Shown: positions 1 through 7,041 of the stretch, in pieces | Layout of the letters: each line of letters begins with the position of its first letter | Position numbering within the stretch: position 1 is the first letter of the stretch | The notes under the pieces: model-generated | Seen by the model: the letters and a program-made list of their open reading frames with translations, nothing else | Told to the model about the DNA's origin: nothing | Database searches by the model: none | Program-made: the position numbers and the translations under genes | Assembly (NCBI GenBank): GCA_944372505.1 | Contig: CALVZK010000002.1 | Span: 44,692-108,691 of the forward strand | Source: an uncultured Clostridia bacterium | GTDB lineage: Bacteria; Bacillota; Clostridia; Christensenellales; UBA1242 | DNA: 64,000 bases | Direction of reading: 5' to 3'

Positions 1-38
1 AACGATATAAACTCAGAGAATAAATTAGGAGGTTAAAT

Positions 39-1223
39 ATGGAATTATTAGCCCCGGCAGGAAACTTTGACAAATTAATAACAGCTGTTCATTTTGGAGC
101 TGATGCTGTATATTTTTCTGGCAAGAATTTTGGTTTGCGTGCTTTTGCTGGGAATTTTACTGATGATGAAATAGAAAAGGCATTTGAATTTTTGCATAAA
201 AATAATAAAAAAGGTTATGTAACTATCAATATTTTAGCTAATGATAGTGATTTTGAAACAATTGATGAATATTTAAATCTTTTGATAAAAGTTAAAGCAG
301 ATGGAATAATTGTGTCTGATTTAGGTCTAATAAATTATATACGAAAAAACTTTCCCTCTATCAATATTCACGTTTCTACACAAGCAAATATTACGAACTC
401 TTATTCAGCTAAATTTTTAGAAGAACTTGGTGTTAAAAGAATTGTTTTAGCGAGAGAGTTAAATTTAGAACAAATTAAGAATATTCACACAAATTTAAAT
501 AATGTTGAATTAGAGGTTTTTATTCATGGTGCGATGTGTATTTCATATTCTGGGAGATGTTTATTATCAAATTATTTAACTGGCAGAGATAGCAATCGTG
601 GGGCTTGTGTTCAAGCGTGTAGATGGAAATATTTTATAAGGGAAGAAAATAGAGATGATGAACTGCCTATTGAAGAAGATCAAAGAGGTACTTATATATT
701 AAATTCTAAAGATTTATGTTTAATTGATTATCTAGAGCAATTAAAACAGGCAGGAGTTGAAAGTTTAAAAATTGAAGGCAGAATGAAATCAGATTATTAT
801 GTTGCAAGTGTTGTTAATGCTTATAGAAGAGCTATTGACGGATATCAAGATTTAAATATTCTTCACCAGGAACTTGAAAAAACAAGTCATAGACGTTATA
901 CAACGGGGTTTATGTTTGGTAGTGATGATAAAGAGTATTTAGAAGATTCAATGCCTGTTCAATCATATATATTTGTGGCAAAAGTTATAGAAAATTCTAA
1001 AAATGGTCGAGTTAAGGTTGAAATGAGAAATAGATTTAAAGAAGGAGATATTTTAGAAATCCTTTCTCCTAGTGATAATTTTTTAAAGAATATAAAAATA
1101 AATAATATAGTAGACGATAAAGGAGAAAAGATTAATGATGTAAAACTTGTTCAACAAATTGTCGAAATTGATTGTCCATATGATTTAAGTAAAGGAGATA
1201 TTTTAAGAATAGAAAAAAAATAA
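39..1223 (+). CDS. Peptidase U32 family protein
   Basis: 394-aa ORF with AGGAGG RBS upstream. N-terminal ELLAPAGN..KL..A...GADAVY and central HGAMCISYSGRCLLSNY motifs are typical of U32 peptidases. Confidence 0.85.
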   Translation: MELLAPAGNFDKLITAVHFGADAVYFSGKNFGLRAFAGNFTDDEIEKAFEFLHKNNKKGYVTINILANDSDFETIDEYLNLLIKVKADGIIVSDLGLINYIRKNFPSINIHVSTQANITNSYSAKFLEELGVKRIVLARELNLEQIKNIHTNLNNVELEVFIHGAMCISYSGRCLLSNYLTGRDSNRGACVQACRWKYFIREENRDDELPIEEDQRGTYILNSKDLCLIDYLEQLKQAGVESLKIEGRMKSDYYVASVVNAYRRAIDGYQDLNILHQELEKTSHRRYTTGFMFGSDDKEYLEDSMPVQSYIFVAKVIENSKNGRVKVEMRNRFKEGDILEILSPSDNFLKNIKINNIVDDKGEKINDVKLVQQIVEIDCPYDLSKGDILRIEKK

Positions 1224-1248
1224 AACGCTAAAAAGCGTTTTATTTTTT
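1222..1248. terminator. Bidirectional rho-independent terminator between convergent genes
   Basis: AAAACGCT-AAAA-AGCGTTTT hairpin flanked by an A-run and a T-run. Confidence 0.7.
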
Positions 1249-2083
1249 AATCTTTTGAAAAGTAACCAAAACCATAACATTTTGCACCAACATGAGAGCC
1301 CACGACACAACCAATTTCTCCAATTACTATCTCTTGATCTTTTTTAAGAACGGGTTTAATTTTTTCTATTAGTCGTTGTGCAGAGTCCAAAGCATCAGAA
1401 TGAACTATGTATAACGGATGATTTTCGTCCATTTTAGTTAATTTACTTAATAAAAATGATTCTGCTTTCAATGTTCCCATACATTTTGCAATATTTAATA
1501 CTTTTCCTTGTTCTATAGATACTATAGGTTTTACACTTAACATTGAGCCTATAACAGCACTAGTTGAAGATAACCTTCCGCTATTTTTTAAATATTTTAG
1601 ATCATTTATGATTGCATATACATGAATGTTTTTTCTTAGTCTATAAAATTCTTCTTTGATTTTTTCTATATTCTGTTCTTTTTCTATAAATTTGCATAAT
1701 TCAATTATGATTGCGCCTTGCCCTAATGTTGTAGATGCACTTTCTTCAATAAAGACATTCTTCATACCTAGACTATCAGCTGCCATTTGTGCTTGTAATT
1801 TTGTGGTACTCATTTCCATAGAAATTAAAATTGTAATTATAAAAACATCTTCTTTATTTACATATGGTCTATAAAAATTTTCAAACTTATATGCATTAGG
1901 CATTGCTGTTTTAGGAATGATTCCTGTTTCTTGCATTTTTTTATAAAATTCTCTTGTTGGTAAACCTTCTGGATAAAGTTCTTCTCCGAACATAACTTCT
2001 ATAGGAATTATAGTTATATCATATTTTTCCATATATTCTTGTGGAATATCACAAGATGCGTCCGCTACTATTTTAAATTTCAT
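1247..2083 (-). CDS. DegV family fatty-acid-binding protein
   Basis: 278 aa. The N-terminal MKFKIVADASCDIP and overall length and pattern are typical of DegV/EDD-fold proteins. Confidence 0.85.
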   Translation of the reverse strand: MKFKIVADASCDIPQEYMEKYDITIIPIEVMFGEELYPEGLPTREFYKKMQETGIIPKTAMPNAYKFENFYRPYVNKEDVFIITILISMEMSTTKLQAQMAADSLGMKNVFIEESASTTLGQGAIIIELCKFIEKEQNIEKIKEEFYRLRKNIHVYAIINDLKYLKNSGRLSSTSAVIGSMLSVKPIVSIEQGKVLNIAKCMGTLKAESFLLSKLTKMDENHPLYIVHSDALDSAQRLIEKIKPVLKKDQEIVIGEIGCVVGSHVGAKCYGFGYFSKD

Positions 2084-2257
2084 GCATCCTCCAAATATTT
2101 ATACATTTATAATATCATATTGCAATGTCTTTTGTAAAGAAATTATTAACTTTATATTAAAAGAAATTCATCTGCAAATATCATGCAATTTATCTGTTTA
2201 AAGTTTTTTTAAAAAAAAACATTTTTGTAAAATTTTGTAAAAATATTACAAATATAA

Positions 2258-2286
2258 TTGCAATTTTCTATTTACTTATGTATAAT
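2258..2286 (+). promoter_or_regulatory. Sigma-A-type promoter
   Basis: TTGCAA - 17 nt - TATAAT, 29 nt upstream of the 2315 start. Confidence 0.55.
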
Positions 2287-2314
2287 GTCAATGTAAATTA
2301 TATAAGGAGCAACT

Positions 2315-2701
2315 ATGGATAATTATAATGAAATTTTAGTTGAAGAAAAACTAACTATTTATCTAATGGTTTTAAAAATTACTCCAAATTTGAAGGGCTA
2401 TGACCTAATAAAAGAGGGGGTAAGAAAAATTTTACAGGACCCTTCTAAAAAGCATAATGTTAATCAAAGATTATATTTAGAACTTGCAAATATTTTTAAT
2501 TTTGATATGGATCTTGTTGATAGGGCCATGAGGAATGCGATAGAGGTTAGTTTTAAAAGAGGGGGAATTGAAGATTTTGAAAGAACTTTTAAAATTGATT
2601 TTACCTCATCAAAGCCTTCACCTAGAGAGCTTATTTGTATTTTATCGGAAAAAATTATGTTAGATAAAAACATCGCAAAAAGGAGCTTTGTTTCTGCTTA
2701 A
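2315..2701 (+). CDS. Standalone Spo0A C-terminal (DNA-binding effector) domain-like protein, no receiver domain
   Basis: 128 aa. NLKGY, RAMRNAIEVSFKRGGIE and KPSPRELICILSEKI align by eye with B. subtilis Spo0A HIKGY, RAIRHAIEVAWSRGNID and KPTNSEFIAMVADKL. Confidence 0.8.
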   Translation: MDNYNEILVEEKLTIYLMVLKITPNLKGYDLIKEGVRKILQDPSKKHNVNQRLYLELANIFNFDMDLVDRAMRNAIEVSFKRGGIEDFERTFKIDFTSSKPSPRELICILSEKIMLDKNIAKRSFVSA

Positions 2702-2725
2702 TTATTGTTTTAACGTATTTCAATA

Positions 2726-3097
2726 TTAAGATAATTTATTAATAATGGTTGCTTCTGCTTTTTCAAGTCTTCTAAAATAAGTTCTTAATGATAAATTTAA
2801 GTTATCTGCTATCGATTCGGCAGAAAAGTTTTTAATGTATTTTTGTATTAAAATTGCTCTAAATGTTTTATCAATATTTTTTAATATTTTATCCATTTTT
2901 ATTTTAAAATTTATTAATTTGTTTTTTCTTTCTATTAATTTAATAATTTTATTATAACTTTCCTCTGTTGTTATATAATTATTGATAGAATAATAATAAG
3001 AATTTAATGCTTCACTTAAAATTAACTTATCATAACTTTTGGTTAAACTATAACTATATTTATATGCTTTAAAAACATCTTCTATATTTAATTTCAT
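2726..3097 (-). CDS. Phage-type sigma-70 region-4-like HTH regulator (ArpU/RinA/DUF1492-like), paralogue A
   Basis: 123 aa. The C-terminal ILIQKYIKNFSAESIADNLNLSLRTYFRRLEKAEATIINKL resembles a region-4 HTH. Clear paralogue of the 6532..7041 product (shared LI.RK.KLIN.K, ILI.KYI, S.RTYFRRL). Confidence 0.45.
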   Translation of the reverse strand: MKLNIEDVFKAYKYSYSLTKSYDKLILSEALNSYYYSINNYITTEESYNKIIKLIERKNKLINFKIKMDKILKNIDKTFRAILIQKYIKNFSAESIADNLNLSLRTYFRRLEKAEATIINKLS

Positions 3098-3107
3098 TTT
3101 CTCTCCT

Positions 3108-3139
3108 TTTAAAAATAAAAAAGGTCCCGTAGCCGGGAC
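3108..3139 (-). terminator. Rho-independent terminator (second of a tandem pair)
   Basis: Minus-strand GTCCCG-GCTA-CGGGAC hairpin followed by CTTTTTTATTTTT. Confidence 0.65.
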
Positions 3140-3192
3140 AATAAAAAACCCAGCATTCTAAATCATTTTTTTTTGATTTGGAACGCTGGGTT
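3140..3192 (-). terminator. Rho-independent terminator (first of a tandem pair)
   Basis: Minus-strand AACCCAGC ... GCTGGGTT stem with an inner AAATCA/TGATTT hairpin, followed by TTTTTATT. Confidence 0.55.
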
Positions 3193-3196
3193 CGCT

Positions 3197-3385
3197 TTAA
3201 TCTATGAATTCCATAAGTATATAAATTTCATTTTTACATTTTAAACATTTCATATCGTGTATAAAATGTTTCTTTTTTATATGTTCAGGTGGCTTAATAA
3301 GTATTCTACAGGTGGCTTGTTCATTTGAAGTTATACACTCTCCAAGACATCTGCCACAGTGAGGACAAAACAATTTTATGTTCAC
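3197..3385 (-). CDS. Small zinc-ribbon protein, Com-like
   Basis: 62 aa with CPHC (aa 7-10) and CLKC (aa 47-50). Size and Cys spacing resemble Mu Com-type zinc ribbons. 11 nt downstream of lexA. Confidence 0.45.
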   Translation of the reverse strand: MNIKLFCPHCGRCLGECITSNEQATCRILIKPPEHIKKKHFIHDMKCLKCKNEIYILMEFID

Positions 3386-3396
3386 TATATATCTCC

Positions 3397-3987
3397 TTAA
3401 AAACGATGAATATAACTTTGCACTATTCCTAATATTTGAATGTTTTCACTTATTATATCTTTATATTTTGGATTTTCAGGATGTAAATATATTTTGCTAC
3501 CATTCTTTTTTAATCTTTTAACAGTTGCGTTTTCTTCTATTAGTGCTACTACTATTTGACCATTCTCTGCTTCGGCTGATCGGCGTACAACTAAGATATC
3601 TCCATCTCTAATTCCGGCATTTTCCATACTGTCACCAATCGCTGTCAACATGAACAATTCGCCATTTCCAAATATTTCTTTAGGAAGAGAGCATATTGTT
3701 TGATAATTTTCTTGTGCGAAAATAGGGGTCCCGCAACGTACTTGTCCTACCAACGGGGCATATGTGGTAAGACTAAGGTTACAAGACATATCAATTCCGC
3801 CGAGAGGATTTTTTTTGACATGTCCTTGTTGCTCAAGTAAAGATATATAACGATTAACCTGTGATAAACTATTTAGATTTAATTTATCCTTGATACATCT
3901 AAAAGTTGGACTTTTTCCATTTTTAATTTGATAGTTATCAATGAATTCTTTTATTTGTAATAAAAGACTTTGGTTAATGTTTTTCAT
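3397..3987 (-). CDS. lexA: LexA repressor (S24 peptidase)
   Basis: 196 aa. N-terminal winged-helix pattern, AIGDSM (Ser nucleophile), ATVKRL (Lys), and linker PLVGQVRCGTPIFAQE where LexA normally has V-A-A-G. Confidence 0.85.
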   Translation of the reverse strand: MKNINQSLLLQIKEFIDNYQIKNGKSPTFRCIKDKLNLNSLSQVNRYISLLEQQGHVKKNPLGGIDMSCNLSLTTYAPLVGQVRCGTPIFAQENYQTICSLPKEIFGNGELFMLTAIGDSMENAGIRDGDILVVRRSAEAENGQIVVALIEENATVKRLKKNGSKIYLHPENPKYKDIISENIQILGIVQSYIHRF

Positions 3988-4001
3988 AACTTCCCCTTAA
4001 A

Positions 4002-4016
4002 AGAACACTGTGTTCT
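4002..4016. promoter_or_regulatory. Candidate LexA operator (SOS box) upstream of lexA
   Basis: Perfect palindrome AGAACAC-T-GTGTTCT directly upstream of the lexA RBS. GAAC/GTTC arms as in the Firmicute SOS box, but with a 5-nt rather than 4-nt spacer. Confidence 0.5.
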
Positions 4017-4125
4017 TTTATAATTTATTATAAACAAATAAAATTTAAAATCAAGTATTTTTCAGATAATTTTAAAAATATTTTGTAATTATATTTGTAA
4101 AATGATAAAGAAAAGATTTAAATTA

Positions 4126-4154
4126 TTGACAAAATTTTAAAAAAATTATATTAT
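4126..4154 (+). promoter_or_regulatory. Sigma-A-type promoter of metG
   Basis: TTGACA - 17 nt - TATTAT. Confidence 0.5.
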
Positions 4155-4212
4155 ACTAAATTGTATAAATAAATTTTAAGTTGTTTAGATGCTTGAAAAT
4201 TTGGAGGAATTT

Positions 4213-5811
4213 ATGAAAAAAAATATTTTAATTGGAGGCGCTTGGCCATATGCAAACAACTCTCTTCATGTAGGACATTTAGCAGCCTTATTGCCTGGAG
4301 ATGTAATTGCTCGTTATTATAGAGCTAAAGGAGATAATGTTGTTTATGTCTCTGGAACAGATAGCCATGGGACACCTATTACTGTCAGAGCAAAGAAAGA
4401 AAAAATTTCTCCTGAAGTTATTGCCAATAAATATCATGATGAGTTTGTGAAAAATTTTAATGATCTTGATTTTTCTTACGATCTTTATACATCTACTATG
4501 ACAACTTATCATAAAGAACATGTACAAAAGTATTTGAGAAAGATTTATGAAAATGGATTCATTTATAAAAAAACTGAAGAACAAGATTATTGTCCTAACT
4601 GTAATCAATTTTTATCAGATAGAGAAATTATTGGAACTTGTCCACATTGCGGAGGAGAAGCAAAAGGGGATCAATGTGAAAATTGCTTAACAACCTTAAA
4701 CGCTAAAGAAGTTTTAAATAAAAGATGTAGTGTTTGTGGTACTAATACAATTCAAAAAGAAAATACACATCTTTATTTTAAATTGTCTGCTTTTCAAGAT
4801 AAGGTAAAAAAACTTGTTGACAGTCATAAAAATATTTGGCGTCTTAATGCTGTAAAAGAGTCTGAAAAATTTCTATCTCAAGGTCTTTTAGATAGAGCAT
4901 TAACAAGACAGTTAGATTGGGGGGTTGAGGTACCTTTTGATGGATTTGATGACAAAAGAGTTTATGTATGGTTTGAAGCTGTAATGGGATATGTTACTAC
5001 TGCCTGTCGAGTTCTTGAGGATAGGGGAATAAACTTTGAAGAATTTATGAAGGATAAAAATACCATTTCTTATTACTGTCATGGGAAAGATAATATTCCA
5101 TTTCATACTATTATTTATCCATCTTTACTTATGGCAATCGATGAGGAACTCAATTTACCAAACTTTATTATATCGTGTGAATATGTAAATATGAACAATG
5201 AAAAAATGTCAAAAAGCAAGGGAAATCTTATCAGTATAAATGAACTTGTGTCCCTTTATCCAAAAGATTCAATAAGGTTATTCATGATAGCAAATGGTCC
5301 TGAAACTAAAGATATAAATTTTTCTTCAGAAGATTTTAAGTTGATACACAATAAATATCTTGTAGGAGTAATTGGTAACTTTATAAATAGAAATTTATCG
5401 TTCTTGAACAAAAAGTTTTCTGGTAAAATTTGTGAAGGAAAAATAGATAATGATATTATTTCTCTTACTAAAGAAACATACGAAAATGTTGGAAAACAAA
5501 TAGAAGAGGGGAGACTTAAAAGTGCAATTAACATTGCTATAGATTATGTGAACGCAGGAAATAAATTTTATAGTGAACAAATGCCTTGGGTTCAGGTGCA
5601 AGAAAATATTGAAGCTTTCAATAATACCACATATACTTGTGTATATATGATGGCAAATATAGCAAGAATTTTTAGTCCATTTATTCCTGATACTTGTAAA
5701 AGAATTAATGAAAAACTAGGACTTGAAAACAATTGTATTTGGGAAGAAATAAATATTGAAGGTGATTTACAAGTGCAAAATGATGAACTCCTCTTTCAAA
5801 GATTACAATAA
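4213..5811 (+). CDS. metG: Methionine--tRNA ligase
   Basis: WPYANNSLHVGH (HIGH-type), zinc knuckles CPNC/CPHC/CENC/CSVC, KMSKSKGN. Start moved to the ATG at 4213, which has a GGAGG RBS. Confidence 0.95.
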   Translation: MKKNILIGGAWPYANNSLHVGHLAALLPGDVIARYYRAKGDNVVYVSGTDSHGTPITVRAKKEKISPEVIANKYHDEFVKNFNDLDFSYDLYTSTMTTYHKEHVQKYLRKIYENGFIYKKTEEQDYCPNCNQFLSDREIIGTCPHCGGEAKGDQCENCLTTLNAKEVLNKRCSVCGTNTIQKENTHLYFKLSAFQDKVKKLVDSHKNIWRLNAVKESEKFLSQGLLDRALTRQLDWGVEVPFDGFDDKRVYVWFEAVMGYVTTACRVLEDRGINFEEFMKDKNTISYYCHGKDNIPFHTIIYPSLLMAIDEELNLPNFIISCEYVNMNNEKMSKSKGNLISINELVSLYPKDSIRLFMIANGPETKDINFSSEDFKLIHNKYLVGVIGNFINRNLSFLNKKFSGKICEGKIDNDIISLTKETYENVGKQIEEGRLKSAINIAIDYVNAGNKFYSEQMPWVQVQENIEAFNNTTYTCVYMMANIARIFSPFIPDTCKRINEKLGLENNCIWEEINIEGDLQVQNDELLFQRLQ

Positions 5812-5836
5812 AAGACGAATATATTCGTCTTTTTTA
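5811..5836. terminator. Bidirectional terminator after metG
   Basis: AGACGAATATATTCGTCT palindrome flanked by A- and T-runs. Confidence 0.7.
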
Positions 5837-5847
5837 TATTTTAATTT

Positions 5848-6018
5848 TGGTGCTGGTGGTGGGAGTCGAACCCACATGAAGTTGCCTTCGAGGGGGCGAC
5901 GCGTAAAAAAAAAGACCTGTTATGGTCGTTTTTAGCCAAAGCCGGGAGCGACTTGTTCGCGGTCTGGCTCCGACAGGAGTTGATGTCCCAAGGGACTCAA
6001 AATCCTTTAATTTATCTT
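5848..6018 (-). repeat. tRNA-Leu-associated tandem unit 1 (171 nt)
   Basis: 5848-5894 repeats the last 47 nt of tRNA-Leu (anticodon-stem 3' strand through CCA). 5895-5990 is GC-rich. 5989-6005 is an inverted 17-nt copy of the tRNA anticodon arm. Confidence 0.9.
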
Positions 6019-6188
6019 TGGTGCTGGTGGTGGGAGTCGAACCCACATGAAGTTGCCTTCGAGGGGGCGACGCGTAAAAAAAAGACCTGTTATGGTCGTT
6101 TTTAGCCAAAGCCGGGAGCGACTTGTTCGCGGTCTGGTTCCGACAGGAGTTGATGTCCCAAGGGACTCAAAATCCTTTAATTTATCTT
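6019..6188 (-). repeat. tRNA-Leu-associated tandem unit 2 (170 nt)
   Basis: Near-identical to unit 1. Differences seen: A8 versus A9 run, and C5968 versus T6138. Confidence 0.9.
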
Positions 6189-6274
6189 TGGTGCTGGTGG
6201 TGGGAGTCGAACCCACATGAAGTTGCCTTCGAGGGATTTTGAGTCCCTTGCGTCTGCCATTTCGCCACACCAGC
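6189..6274 (-). tRNA. tRNA-Leu (anticodon CAA), CCA encoded
   Basis: Reverse complement reads GCTGGTG-TG-GCGAAATGGCAGACGC-A-AGGGA-CTCAAAA-TCCCT-long variable arm-GTGGGTTCGACTCCCAC-CACCAGC-A-CCA, a class II cloverleaf. Confidence 0.9.
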
Positions 6275-6428
6275 ATTTTCATAATTTTTATTCTAACATA
6301 TTTCGTTTTTATTTTCAACTTTTATTTTGATTTTGTTTATATTTTTTCATTTTTTGATGTTTGCAATTTGGTTTTACTTTTCGTGATTTTCTTTTTTGTA
6401 TTTAAAAAAATTTAAAAAAAATGTCGTA

Positions 6429-6450
6429 TTTTGTAAAATATTTTACAAAA
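6429..6450. promoter_or_regulatory. 22-nt perfect palindrome, candidate operator
   Basis: TTTTGTAAAATATTTTACAAAA, about 25 nt upstream of a TTGACT-N18-TATAAT promoter (6476-6505) that precedes the 6532 gene. Confidence 0.35.
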
Positions 6451-6531
6451 ATATTCAAAATTGTGGCAGTATCATTTGACTGCATGCTTTTTATAATTTT
6501 ATAATTCGTGTATGTACAAAGGAGAAATTAT

Positions 6532-7041
6532 ATGAAAGAAAATTTTTGGTTCAAAACTATTTTATTTGTTTACAAGTATTTAGACAATCTTGCTGAGGCC
6601 ATTGATAATTTAGTTGAAAGACAGGCTTTAAACTCATTTTATTATTTTTCTGGTTCTAGTCAGGATAATTCAGTTATGGCTGTAAGCGATAGAATTATTA
6701 ATTTGATTGATAGGAAAAAAAAGTTAATTAATATAAAAGTTTTAGTAAGCAAATGTTTGCGTAAATGTGACAAAGAATTTGCTCAAATATTAATAGAAAA
6801 ATACATAGATAATGATAAAAGTGAAGATATTGCTTTAAGACATAATCTTTCTATGAGAACATATTTTAGAAGACTTATTCAGGCAGAAGAACAATTTGCT
6901 TCTAAAGCTTGTGAGTTAGGATTTAATGAATCTCGTCTTAACATTTTGCTAGCTAATGAAAAATGGATTAAGGAAGTATACAATTCTTTTTTAAATAAAA
7001 ATCTAAATTGTATCAATGAAAAGCAAAGTTTTGTTGCCTAA
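6532..7041 (+). CDS. Phage-type sigma-70 region-4-like HTH regulator, paralogue B
   Basis: 169 aa from the ATG with an AGGAG RBS. ILIEKYIDNDKSEDIALRHNLSMRTYFRRLIQAEEQF. Paralogue of the 2726..3097 product. Confidence 0.45.
   Translation: MKENFWFKTILFVYKYLDNLAEAIDNLVERQALNSFYYFSGSSQDNSVMAVSDRIINLIDRKKKLINIKVLVSKCLRKCDKEFAQILIEKYIDNDKSEDIALRHNLSMRTYFRRLIQAEEQFASKACELGFNESRLNILLANEKWIKEVYNSFLNKNLNCINEKQSFVA

Noticed and set aside
5848-6275. Considered a CRISPR-like array or a group I intron-containing tRNA-Leu.
   Set aside because: The units are contiguous 170-171-nt repeats with no unique spacers, so this is not CRISPR. The tRNA at 6189-6274 is uninterrupted with a normal anticodon loop. The repeat copies start in the anticodon-stem 3' strand, not at an intron insertion point, and 128 nt is too short for a group I intron.
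5834-6318. Two overlapping minus-strand ORFs (91 and 103 aa) with repeated peptide segments.
   Set aside because: They run straight through tRNA-Leu and its tandem repeat units. The peptide repetition only mirrors the DNA repeat, there is no RBS, and the translation is biased and implausible. They are shadow ORFs.
6422-6434. TGTCGTA(TTTTGT) elements, one mismatch from the Spo0A 0A box TGTCGAA, occur upstream of regulator B (6422), upstream of terL (7898-7904) and at 15548-15560 (minus strand).
   Set aside because: Several copies of the 7-mer are expected by chance in the window, and 13-mer matches are common at this AT content. The idea that the orphan Spo0A_C-like protein binds them is untested speculation.
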